From positions 19,259 through 83,258 of the forward strand of contig CAZCVP010000003.1 in NCBI GenBank assembly GCA_964501915.1: 64,000 nt of DNA, in the 5' to 3' direction. A program made the translations under genes and the position numbers. The notes beneath the pieces were generated by a model. It made no database searches. It saw nothing but the letters and a program-made list of their open reading frames with translations, and was not told the DNA's origin. Below are positions 18,041-28,997 of this stretch, piece after piece (position 1 is the stretch's first letter; every line of letters starts with the position of its first letter). This DNA comes from an uncultured Enterobacterales bacterium. Lineage in GTDB: Bacteria > Myxococcota_A > UBA796 > CAJQPC01.

Positions 18041-18081
18041 GTCCAGAGCGTACCGTCAGGGTGGTTAGGAGCCCACCCAGG

Positions 18082-19068
18082 ATGCGCCTGCTCCACCGAC
18101 GACGACCGCGCCTGGCTGCCGAGCTGATCACCGGTCACCGCACCGTGGACGAGGTCAAGACCGCGCGCCTGCTGGAGCGCCTCTACCACACCAGCCAGGA
18201 TCGCTCCTGGGACGGTCGCCAGGTCCTCAGCGAGCTGCTGGAGCAGCACGGGGCCATCGACCTGCCACCCCAGCAGCGACGAGCCCTGGGGCGCCTGTTC
18301 ACCATCGCCCTGGTCGGTGAGCTGGCCGCCTGGAAGGTGGCGGCGGCGATGGCGCTCGACCTGGACACGGTCGAAGCCCGCATGGCCGCCACCGCCCAGG
18401 CCCACGACGAGGCCCGGCACTTCTACGTGCTGCACGACTACCTGGGGCTGCTCGGCCACGAGCCGCAGCCCCTTCCCCCGGCCGTCGAGCGCGTCCTCGA
18501 CGAGGTGCTCAACACCCGGGACCCCGTGCGCCGTGTGCTCGGCATGGAGCTGATGGTGGAGCCGGTGGCCCTCACGCTCTATGCCCTCGTGCGGGAGAGC
18601 GGCCTGGAGCCGATCCTGGTCGACCTGCTGGCCTGGTTCGAGCGGGACGGCACCAGCCACCTGGTGCTGGGTCAGCGGCTGGTGCCACAGCTCATGGAGG
18701 CCTCCAGTCCCGCGCGCCGCCTCCGTCTCTTCGCCTGGCACGCCCGCATGGCGATGCTCCAGCTCGACAGCATGGTGGAGGTCGCCGACGACCTGGCCAC
18801 CCTCGGCTTCGACGTCCGCCAGGTGGTGCTGGAGGGTCAGCGCCGTCAGATGCAGGCCGCCCGGGAGCTCTTCCGCCTCGAAGGGGGGCCACTCCTCGGA
18901 CAGGACGCACTGGTCAACCTCGTCGAGGCCCGGATCCAGTGGCACTGGCCCGAGCAGCAGGCCCCCGACGACCTCGGTCGACGGGTCCGCCGCGCCGTGA
19001 ACGGCCTGGCCCGCGGCCCCGACCCGAGCCGGCGGGCGAGCCTCGTGGCGGCCCAGCCGAGCCTCTGA
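18082..19068 (+). CDS. ferritin-like (putative di-iron) domain protein
   Basis: I placed the start at MRLLHRRRP (18082). It has an ExxH motif in AHDEARHFYVLHDYL and a four-helix-bundle-like composition. Confidence 0.55.
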   Translation: MRLLHRRRPRLAAELITGHRTVDEVKTARLLERLYHTSQDRSWDGRQVLSELLEQHGAIDLPPQQRRALGRLFTIALVGELAAWKVAAAMALDLDTVEARMAATAQAHDEARHFYVLHDYLGLLGHEPQPLPPAVERVLDEVLNTRDPVRRVLGMELMVEPVALTLYALVRESGLEPILVDLLAWFERDGTSHLVLGQRLVPQLMEASSPARRLRLFAWHARMAMLQLDSMVEVADDLATLGFDVRQVVLEGQRRQMQAARELFRLEGGPLLGQDALVNLVEARIQWHWPEQQAPDDLGRRVRRAVNGLARGPDPSRRASLVAAQPSL

Positions 19069-19071
19069 TCG

Positions 19072-21198
<2,127 letters not shown>

Positions 21199-21244
21199 GG
21201 ATGTCCTCGCGAGCGCGCAGGGGATGGTACTGCTTCGAGCCCCC

Positions 21245-22795
21245 TCAGGTGACGAGGCAGCGCGGCAGCGCCTCTCGAAGCTGGCGACGTCCCCGCTCCG
21301 TGACCCGCGTTCCGACCAGCCTCAGGCTGCGCAGACCCGGGAGCAACCGCAGCGCCTTGGCCCCCTGGTCGCTCAGCCGGGTGCCCTCGAGGTTGAGGCT
21401 CTCGAGGTTGGAGAGCGTCATCAGGTGGCGCATGCCCTTGTCGGTCACGTGGGTGTTGGCCAGGTCCAGCGTGCGCAGGGCGTAGAGGTTCCCGAGCACG
21501 GGCAGCCCGAAGTCGTCGACCCGCGTGCCCCCCAGCTCCAGGCGCTCCAGCCGGCTCGCGCCTCGCAGGTGGAGCAGCCCCCCTCCCGTGGCGCGGGTGT
21601 TGCGGAGGTCGAGGCGCTCCAGATCGGGGAGGTCCGAGAGGCGAGACAGCCCCAGGTCCCCCACCTCGGTGTCGCAGAGGTTGACGTCGCGGAGCTTGCC
21701 CAGGAAGGCGGCGAAGTCCATCGCCTCGTCGTCGACGGCCGTGTGGCTGAGGTCCAGGGTCTTGAGCCCCGGGCAGTGGGACAGGGCGCTCAGGCCACGT
21801 CCACCGACCTGAGTGTGTTCCAGGGTCAGGACCTCCAGGTTGCTGAGAGCCGGGAGCAGCCCCACGCCCTTGTTCGTCACCCGGGTCCCGCCCAGGTAGA
21901 GCACCCGCAGGTTGCGCAGCGGACGCAGCGCGCCGACGCCGTCGTCGCCGACCTCGGTGCCCCCGAGGTGGAGGACCTGCAGTCGGCCGAGGTTCGCCAG
22001 GTACGCCAGCCCCCGATCCCCCACCTTGGCGTTGCACAGGGTCAGCTCGACCAGGCCCGCCAGGCGGGCGACCGCCATCAAGCCCTCCGCCGTGACGGTC
22101 TCGGGGAGCTCGAGGTGTTGGAGCAGGGGCTGGTGGACGAGGTAGCGGAGCCCCACGTCCGTGACCCTCGTGTCCTCGAGGTCCAGGCTCACCAGGGTGC
22201 CGAGCGCCGCGAGGTGCTTCAGGCCGGAGTCGCCCACGCGGGTCCCTTCCAGGCCCAGGAAGCGCAGGCCCGTCAGCCCGCCGAGGTGGACCATCGCCGA
22301 GTCCCCGACCCGGGACCAGCTCAGGTCGAGGAACTGGAGGTCCTGGAGCGGCTCGAGGTGGACGAGGCTGGTCGAGCGGACCTTGGTGCCCCCCAGGTCC
22401 AGCCGACGCAGGCGGCCGAGCCGGGTGAGATGGGCCAGCCCCGACCCGTTGATGCGCGTGGCCCGCAGCACGAGCTTGCGCAGGTGGACCAGCGGCGCCA
22501 GCTCGGCCAGCTCCGCGTCCTGGATGTCCGTGCTCGCCAGGTTCAGGGTCTGGAGGTGCTGCAGCGAGCCCAGGCAGCGCAGCTTCTCCGGCGTGAGCAT
22601 CATGCCCTGGAGCGTCAGGGCCTCCAGGCCGGGTAGCTGCCGGATGCCGTGCGAGAGCCCGTTCAGGGTCACGAAGGTCCCGGAGAGATCCAGCTCCCGC
22701 ACGTCGGTGCGACCACGCAGGGCGATCAGCTTCGCGTCGGTGTTGCCGGGGCCCGAGAGATCGAGCCGCGGGGTCTGGATCCAGGCGGTGTTCAC
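21245..22795 (-). CDS. leucine-rich repeat (RNI-like) protein, about 20 x 24-aa repeats
   Basis: Regular repeats of the form L..L.L..T.V.D.GL..L..L.. , for example LRFLGLEGTRVGDSGLKHLAALGT. The start is uncertain: a GTG at 22795 avoids overlap with the upstream gene, but the ORF extends to 22927. Confidence 0.75.
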   Translation of the reverse strand: MNTAWIQTPRLDLSGPGNTDAKLIALRGRTDVRELDLSGTFVTLNGLSHGIRQLPGLEALTLQGMMLTPEKLRCLGSLQHLQTLNLASTDIQDAELAELAPLVHLRKLVLRATRINGSGLAHLTRLGRLRRLDLGGTKVRSTSLVHLEPLQDLQFLDLSWSRVGDSAMVHLGGLTGLRFLGLEGTRVGDSGLKHLAALGTLVSLDLEDTRVTDVGLRYLVHQPLLQHLELPETVTAEGLMAVARLAGLVELTLCNAKVGDRGLAYLANLGRLQVLHLGGTEVGDDGVGALRPLRNLRVLYLGGTRVTNKGVGLLPALSNLEVLTLEHTQVGGRGLSALSHCPGLKTLDLSHTAVDDEAMDFAAFLGKLRDVNLCDTEVGDLGLSRLSDLPDLERLDLRNTRATGGGLLHLRGASRLERLELGGTRVDDFGLPVLGNLYALRTLDLANTHVTDKGMRHLMTLSNLESLNLEGTRLSDQGAKALRLLPGLRSLRLVGTRVTERGRRQLREALPRCLVT

Positions 22796-22805
22796 GGATC
22801 TGGAC

Positions 22806-23450
22806 TTACCACCAGATGGCCGCGTCTTCGAACCCCAGACCTTCGCAGGGGTCCACTTCGAACAGGATCGTGACCTCTCCGTAGGTCTGGCCGGTGACGT
22901 AGTCGGCCACCGTGGTGGTGAAGTCACCGCTGAAGGTCTGCTCGGTGAGGTCGTGGGTGAGCTCGGCGTCGCCCTGGTCGCTGGCGTAGCGGTCGAGGTG
23001 CTCCGGGCCGGCGTAGCTCATGCCGGTCTGGTGGCCGAAGCGCCCCTGGATCTCCCCGCTGCGGGCGTCGCGATCCCAGTCGGCGCCCGAGACGCGGAGC
23101 TCCGTGAAGCCGCCCTCCTGGACGAGGAACTCCAGCACGACCTGCCAGGACTCGGTCGGGAGGTGGGTGGCGAAGGCCTGTCGGGCCTCCGTCTCGAACT
23201 CCTCGGGGGTGAGCTCCTCGGCGGCGTAGGCCTCCTCCAGGGCGTCCTGGTCGGCGTGGTAGTCGAGCAGGGCCTGGCAGCCGTCCTCGAAGTCGGCCAG
23301 CACGACCCGGTACTGGGGGTGGACCGTGCCGTCGATGGAGACGTACTGGGTCCACCAGGCGCTGGCGATGGTGACCTCCGTGCCGTCGATGGCGCCGTCG
23401 ATCTCGTTGATCGGCTCGCAGGCCGTGAGCATGGCGAAGAGCGGGATCAC
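22806..23450 (-). CDS. hypothetical lipoprotein
   Basis: A GTG start at 23450 gives (M)IPLFAMLTAC (lipobox). The longer 534-aa ORF N-terminus is Arg/Pro junk. Acidic mature protein with no recognised domain. Confidence 0.55.
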   Translation of the reverse strand: MIPLFAMLTACEPINEIDGAIDGTEVTIASAWWTQYVSIDGTVHPQYRVVLADFEDGCQALLDYHADQDALEEAYAAEELTPEEFETEARQAFATHLPTESWQVVLEFLVQEGGFTELRVSGADWDRDARSGEIQGRFGHQTGMSYAGPEHLDRYASDQGDAELTHDLTEQTFSGDFTTTVADYVTGQTYGEVTILFEVDPCEGLGFEDAAIWW

Positions 23451-23488
23451 GCCGCCAACGTATCCCAGGAGGGTGGCATCATGCGCCC

Positions 23489-24847
23489 ATGCCGAGCGCC
23501 GCCGAAGCCAGCCATGCCACCAAGGGCCTGATCCGCCTGACCATGGCGTGCAACGAGCGCTGCCCCTTCTGCAACGTGCCGATGGAGGACTTCGGCGGCC
23601 GTCCGACCCCCGAGCCCGAGGTCGAGGGGTCGCTGGATGCCTTCGCCGAGGGCGGTGAGCGCACCGTGACGATCTCGGGCGGCGAGCCCACCCTGCTGCG
23701 CAGCCGCCTGCTGGCGACCGTGCGCAGCGCTCGAGGGCGTGGCCTGCCCTTCGTGGAGCTCCAGACCAACGCCATCCTGGTCGACGCCGACTACGCTCGG
23801 GCGCTCGCCGAGGCCGGCCTGACCTCCGCCTTCGTCTCCCTGCTCTCCCAGGACCCCGCCCACCACGACGCCCTCGCCGGCCTGGACGGCGCCTGGTCCC
23901 GCACCTTGTCGGGCATCGACCACCTGCTCGACGCCGGGGTCCGGGTGGCGCTGAACGTGGTCGTGGCGCGGCGAACGCAGGCGCTCCTGGCCGGCTACGT
24001 CGACTTCGTCGCCGACCGCCTGCCCCGGGTGGGCTCGATCTCCGTGTCGACGGTCCAGCCCCACGGCCGGGCGGCCACGGCGGTCGAGCTCTTGCCCGAC
24101 TACGCCGTGCTCGGACCGGAGGTGGAGCGAGCACGAGCTCGAGCTGCCCTCCACGGCATCGAGCTGTTGAACCCCTACTGCGGTCTGCCGGCCTGCGTGG
24201 GCTGGCAGGACGGCCTGGCCCACTGCGTCGAAGCCGTGGAGTCCCGCCTCGGCAGGAGCGGCCCCCAGGGCCTGGAGCAGGCCGGCAGCAAGTCCCACGG
24301 GGGCCCCTGTCGCCGCTGCGCCCTGCGTGCGCGGTGCGGCGGCGCCTGGCACGCCTACTGGACCCACCGCCAGGGGTCCGGGCTGGTGGCGCCGCTGCGG
24401 GTGGCCCCACCCTGGGAGCCCGGTGGCGAGGGCCAGCAGGTCGTCGCAGCGCCCGGCGGAGTCGGAGGGGAGACCTGGGCGCAGGTCGCGGCCGCGGAGG
24501 CGCCCGCCGTCTGGCTCCACACCGACCGCCTGGAGCCGGCGCAGGTCGCCGGGCTCCGCCAGCGGGGTGTCACCCACCTGGCCCTGGAGGGCCGGGCCAC
24601 CGACGTGCTGCGGACCCTCGGGGCGCTCGCGGCCGCCCAGAGAGACCACCTCCCCCAGGACCGGGTCCTCCCCTGGGTGTCGGTGGAGGCGCGCGACCTC
24701 GAGGCCCTCCTGCCCCTCGTGCAGCGCCTGGGCGCGGCCGGGGCCGTGGGGGTCGCCGTCCGCAGCGCCGATGCGCGGGGTCGCTCCCTGGTGGAGCGGG
24801 CGAGCGCCCTGGACCTGAGCCTGGAGCTGACGTGGCGGAGCCGCTGA
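23489..24847 (+). CDS. radical SAM protein with C-terminal auxiliary Cys motif and extra C-terminal domain (operon A, gene 1)
   Basis: 452 aa. Cluster motif CNERCPFC; ISGGEPTL (GGE motif); downstream GLPAC and CRRCALRARCGG (CxxCx5CxG). Confidence 0.85.
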   Translation: MPSAAEASHATKGLIRLTMACNERCPFCNVPMEDFGGRPTPEPEVEGSLDAFAEGGERTVTISGGEPTLLRSRLLATVRSARGRGLPFVELQTNAILVDADYARALAEAGLTSAFVSLLSQDPAHHDALAGLDGAWSRTLSGIDHLLDAGVRVALNVVVARRTQALLAGYVDFVADRLPRVGSISVSTVQPHGRAATAVELLPDYAVLGPEVERARARAALHGIELLNPYCGLPACVGWQDGLAHCVEAVESRLGRSGPQGLEQAGSKSHGGPCRRCALRARCGGAWHAYWTHRQGSGLVAPLRVAPPWEPGGEGQQVVAAPGGVGGETWAQVAAAEAPAVWLHTDRLEPAQVAGLRQRGVTHLALEGRATDVLRTLGALAAAQRDHLPQDRVLPWVSVEARDLEALLPLVQRLGAAGAVGVAVRSADARGRSLVERASALDLSLELTWRSR

Positions 24848-26031
24848 GGGTGCTGGTAGCGACGCCGCGGTCCCGGGGCCGGGTCCGCCTGGATCGCGCC
24901 GGTCCTTCCGAAGGCACCGATCCCCCGCTGCGGGACCTGCTGGCGGTCGAGGGGCCCCTCTGGGTCGGAGGGGGCGAGCCCACCCTGCGCCCCGACCTCC
25001 CAGCGCTCCTCGAGGCCCTGGGCGACCGACTCCTGGGGCTGCTGACGGACGGCCAGGCCCTGGTGAAGCCCGAGGCCTTCAGGCCCCTGCTGGAAGCCGG
25101 CCTGTCCCGGGTGCGCGTCCCCTTCCACAGCGCCCGGGCCGAGGCCCACGACTGGCTGGAGGGGCGGCCTGGCGCCCAGCGGCGAGCCTGGAGGGCTCTG
25201 CGGGTCGCCTGCGAGGCCGACCTCGAGGTGAGCGCGGAGGTGCTGCTGACCCGTCCCACCCTGCTCCACCTCGAGGCCACCTTGGGCCTGCTGGCCCGGC
25301 TGCCCCTGCGCCGGGTGGTCCTGCGGCTGCTCGAGGGCGACGCCCCCGGCTACCCCGCCACCGCGGCCCGGGTGGGCCTGATCGCCGAGCCCCTCCAGGC
25401 GGGCCTGGAGACGCTGCGTCGGGCCGGCTGCGACGTCGACTTCGAGGGCGTGCCGCGCTGTGTCGTCGAGGGCCTGGCCGTCCGTCGCACGCCGCGGCCG
25501 GTGTGGGTGGGCGTCGACGTCCCGGAGCCGCCGCCCCGCTCCACCGGCTGCGCGACCTGTCCGGCGGACGGCTCCTGTCCGGGCCCTTCGAGCGCCTACG
25601 TGGCGGCCTTCGGTCGCCAGGAGCTTCCGCGGGCTCCCCTCGAGAGCCAGCCTGTCGTGGTGCGCCTCCGAGAGGGCCTGAGCACCCGACACCTCCGGCA
25701 CCTGCTCGTCCAGGTCGCCTCCAGCGGAGCCCGTGCGCTGCGACTCGAAGGCCTGGACCACCCCCACGGCGCGGAGCTCCTCGGCGAGGCCCTGGCCCTG
25801 TGCTTCGAGCGGGTCGAGGTCAGCGGGCGGCTGGAGGCGGTGGCCGGCTGGAGCGACCGGGACCGCCTCCGTCTGCGTCGCGTCGACCACGTGGCGGCCC
25901 GCCGCCTGGGTCCCGACGCCGCGACCCACGACGCCAGGACCGGCCGGGTCGGGTCCTGGGAGGAGGCCGCCGCTCTGCTCCGGAAGCTGGCTGCCCAGGG
26001 CATCCCGACCTCTATTCAAGAGGATGCTTGA
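24832..26031 (+). CDS. radical-SAM-like protein lacking the CxxxCxxC motif (operon A, gene 2)
   Basis: The GTG at 24832 overlaps the upstream gene by 16 nt (alternative GTG at 24850). It keeps GGGEPTL, TDGQ and VRVPFHS blocks and the family tail (GVPRC and CATCPADGSCPG). No Cys triad is present in the N-terminal region. Confidence 0.6.
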   Translation: MAEPLRVLVATPRSRGRVRLDRAGPSEGTDPPLRDLLAVEGPLWVGGGEPTLRPDLPALLEALGDRLLGLLTDGQALVKPEAFRPLLEAGLSRVRVPFHSARAEAHDWLEGRPGAQRRAWRALRVACEADLEVSAEVLLTRPTLLHLEATLGLLARLPLRRVVLRLLEGDAPGYPATAARVGLIAEPLQAGLETLRRAGCDVDFEGVPRCVVEGLAVRRTPRPVWVGVDVPEPPPRSTGCATCPADGSCPGPSSAYVAAFGRQELPRAPLESQPVVVRLREGLSTRHLRHLLVQVASSGARALRLEGLDHPHGAELLGEALALCFERVEVSGRLEAVAGWSDRDRLRLRRVDHVAARRLGPDAATHDARTGRVGSWEEAAALLRKLAAQGIPTSIQEDA

Positions 26032-26082
26032 GTCCCGATCGGGTGGTCCCCCGGTCCCTGCCGACTACACTGCCGCCTGCGG

Positions 26083-27867
26083 ATGTCCGACCTCACCCAG
26101 GCGAAGCTCGACCGGGAGCGGATCGCCAACCGGCCCAAGCACTGGGTCCGGTTGGTGACCGCGTGCAACAACCGGTGCCTGTTCTGCCTGGACATGGACA
26201 CGCCGCGCAACGTCTACCTCTCGGAGGAGGAGATCCAGGCGGAGCTGCGCCGGGGACGGGAGGAGAAGGGTGCGGACAAGGTGATCCTCAGCGGGGGCGA
26301 GGCCAGCCTCCACCCCCTCTTCCCGGACCTGATCCGCTACGCCCACGACATCGGCTACACCCGCGTCCAGACCGTGACCAACGGCCTGCGCTACGCCGAC
26401 CGGGCCTTCTTCGACGCCGTCATCGAGGCCGGGCTGGACGAGATCACCTTCAGCCTGCACGGCCACACGGCCGAGCTGCACGACCACCTGGTCCAGACGC
26501 CCGGCAGCTACCGCAAGCTGATGAAGGGCCTGCTGCGGGCGCTCCGCGACGGTCGCCCGATCGTCAACGTGGACATCGTCATCAACCAGCAGAACGTGGC
26601 TCATGTGGCCGACATCGTCGGTCTGTGTGCCAAGCTGGGGGTGCGGGAGTTCGACCTGCTGCACGTGATCCCGCAGGCGGCGGCCTTCCGCAACCGTGAC
26701 CAGGTGTTCTACGACGTCCGCGAGCACCTGCCCCAGCTCCAGCGTGTCTTCGCGCTGAACCGCGAGGGCTTCTACATCTGGACCAACCGCTTCCCCGTCT
26801 CCTACCTGGAGGGCCTCGAGGACCTGATCCAGGACCCGCACAAGCTGCTGGACGAGGTCCACGGCCGCCGGTACCCGATCCGCCGCTACCTCGACCACGG
26901 CACGCCCCTGGAGTGTCGCGATCCGGAGCGCTGCCCGCACTGCTTCATCGAGCCCTTCTGCGACACCATGGACGACGTGGTGGAGGGCCTCCACCAGGGG
27001 ACTCACAGCGTCTGGGAGGCCGACCGGGTACCCGGGGAGCTGCCCTTCGGCTGCACTCGGCTCGGCTGGTCTTGCGACACGCCGCTGGAGATCCCCGAGC
27101 TGACCCCTGGCGTCGGCCTGCGCCTGCGGCTCTCCCAGCCGGCCGCGATCCCCTGGACGCTGCCCGATCCCACCACCCTGGTGCTGGCGACCCCCGCCGG
27201 GCTGGAGGCGGCCCTGGCGGCGCCGGTCCCGCCCTGGGTCGAGCTGGAGATCGCCCTCACCCAGGCCACGGCAGCCTGGCTGCTGGCGCACCGGGAGCGC
27301 ATCGCACCGGTGCTGGACCAGGTCCGCATCGACCAGCCGACCCACGAGCGCCTGGAGCAGGCGGTCGCCAGCGACGTCCGGGAGCCGCGGGCCTTCTTCC
27401 GGGAGCTGGACCTCCGGGTGCGGGTCTCGGGGCTGCCGGCCTGCCTGGCCCCCGACACGCGGCTGGTCGAGGCGCCGCGGGTCCTGGCGGCCGAGAGCTT
27501 CGACGGCGCAGGACGCCTCGACATCGAGGGGCTGGCACGGCACCACGTGGCGCGGGTCTATGGGGCCCGGTCGATCCGCTGCGACGAGTGCCGGGTGTCG
27601 GAGCGCTGCGACGGACTGCACATCAACGCCGTCCGAGACCAGGGGCTGGGGCAGCTCCAGCCCCTGCGCGACGGGTCCTGGGCCGAGGACGCCGCGCGAC
27701 AGCTCGAGGACCGCTGGCCCGTGCCGCCCGCCCGCGTCCGCCACGGGCGGCCACCCCAGGGGGCCCACCCGAGCCTTCCCGGACACCCCGAGCCCGGGCC
27801 GGCCCCCGAGGATCCCCTGGCCCGCAAGCGCGGCCTGCGTCGCTCCGACTTCCAGGTCGTCTCCTGA
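26083..27867 (+). CDS. radical SAM protein, long form (operon A, gene 3)
   Basis: 594 aa. Motifs: CNNRCLFC, LSGGEASL, a mid-protein CRDPERCPHCFIEPFC cluster, and a later GLPAC ... CDECRVSERCDG tail. The N-terminal about 200 aa is collinear with the 48396-49430 product. Confidence 0.85.
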   Translation: MSDLTQAKLDRERIANRPKHWVRLVTACNNRCLFCLDMDTPRNVYLSEEEIQAELRRGREEKGADKVILSGGEASLHPLFPDLIRYAHDIGYTRVQTVTNGLRYADRAFFDAVIEAGLDEITFSLHGHTAELHDHLVQTPGSYRKLMKGLLRALRDGRPIVNVDIVINQQNVAHVADIVGLCAKLGVREFDLLHVIPQAAAFRNRDQVFYDVREHLPQLQRVFALNREGFYIWTNRFPVSYLEGLEDLIQDPHKLLDEVHGRRYPIRRYLDHGTPLECRDPERCPHCFIEPFCDTMDDVVEGLHQGTHSVWEADRVPGELPFGCTRLGWSCDTPLEIPELTPGVGLRLRLSQPAAIPWTLPDPTTLVLATPAGLEAALAAPVPPWVELEIALTQATAAWLLAHRERIAPVLDQVRIDQPTHERLEQAVASDVREPRAFFRELDLRVRVSGLPACLAPDTRLVEAPRVLAAESFDGAGRLDIEGLARHHVARVYGARSIRCDECRVSERCDGLHINAVRDQGLGQLQPLRDGSWAEDAARQLEDRWPVPPARVRHGRPPQGAHPSLPGHPEPGPAPEDPLARKRGLRRSDFQVVS

Positions 27868-28997
27868 TGGCCAACCTCGGCTACGTCCAGCTCACCCGCA
27901 ACTGCCTCCAGCGGTGTCGCTTCTGCTCCAACCCCCCCACGGGGGTCGGCCTCGACGTCGACGGTCTCCACCACCTCATCGATCGCATGGCCGAGATGGA
28001 CTACGACGGCATCATCCTCACCGGCGGTGAGCCCAGCGCCTCGCCGCTGCTCTTCCCGGCGCTGGAGCGGGCCCGCGAGCGGGGGCTCACCAGCCGGATG
28101 ATCACCAACGGCCAGTACCTCGCCGAGCCGAAGTTCTTCCGGGCCTGCGTCGACGCGGGCCTGACGCATGTGCACCTGAGCCTGCACTCCTGGCGGCCAG
28201 CGGTGCACGACTTCATCACCCGCTACCCGGGGGCCCACGAGGCCCTCGTCGCGGCGCTGCGGCAGGTGCCGGCGCTGGGCATCACCGCCGACATCAACTG
28301 CGTCATCAACACCTACAACGCCGACCACCTCGACGAGAGCGTCGTCTGGCTCTGCGAGAGCTTCCCCTTCGTGCGGCACTTCGTCTGGAACCACATGGAT
28401 CCCGACGGCAACCGGGCCGAGGACAACCCCGACTGCGTCCCCCACCTCAGGGAATTCCTGGTCTCCCTGGAGCGGGCCATGGTCTACCTGGACGGCACGG
28501 GCCGCAGCTTCCGGGCCGAGCGGGTGCCCCTGTGCGCGATGCCGCGCTTCGGCTGGGCCTCCACCGAGACCCGCAAGATCGTCAAGGAGGAGGAGCGCTG
28601 CATCCACTTCCTCGACGGCAAGGGCTGGGTCCACCAGGTCGAGTTCCTGCACGGCAAGGCCGACGTGTGCGGGGACTGCTCCTACGACCCCATATGTGCC
28701 GGGCTCTACTCCATGGCCCGGTCCTTCGACGAGCGGGAGCTGAGCCCGATCTTCGAGCCGATCGGTCCCGTGGTGGAGCGGGTCCTCGGACATCCTGCCT
28801 CCCCCGAACTGCTGAGCCGGATCGAGGCTCGCCGGGGTCGGCGCTCCCCGACCGAACAGCCCACGGAGGCCCGACGAGCGGCCTGGCTGGCCCGTCCGAT
28901 GGCCTCTCCTCCGGACCTCGCAGCGGCTCCCGAAGCGGTTTCGGTGACCAGAGACCCCACGACATCTGCTAGAGTGCCCACGCGAGACCGTCCATGA
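27867..28997 (+). CDS. radical SAM protein (operon A, gene 4)
   Basis: TGATG overlap with the upstream gene. 376 aa. Motifs: CLQRCRFC, LTGGEPS, VPLCAMP and CGDCSYDPICAG tail. Confidence 0.85.
   Translation: MANLGYVQLTRNCLQRCRFCSNPPTGVGLDVDGLHHLIDRMAEMDYDGIILTGGEPSASPLLFPALERARERGLTSRMITNGQYLAEPKFFRACVDAGLTHVHLSLHSWRPAVHDFITRYPGAHEALVAALRQVPALGITADINCVINTYNADHLDESVVWLCESFPFVRHFVWNHMDPDGNRAEDNPDCVPHLREFLVSLERAMVYLDGTGRSFRAERVPLCAMPRFGWASTETRKIVKEEERCIHFLDGKGWVHQVEFLHGKADVCGDCSYDPICAGLYSMARSFDERELSPIFEPIGPVVERVLGHPASPELLSRIEARRGRRSPTEQPTEARRAAWLARPMASPPDLAAAPEAVSVTRDPTTSARVPTRDRP

Noticed and set aside
23451-23488. Very short (38-bp) divergent intergenic region between the lipoprotein gene and rSAM operon A, including a 16-codon ORF from the ATG at 23481 with a better-placed AGGAGG
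   Set aside because: It could hint at a leader peptide or a mis-called start. But the 16-codon ORF (MRPCRAPPKPAMPPRA) is in another frame and has no repeat or core-like features. The evidence is insufficient to call a regulatory element or precursor.
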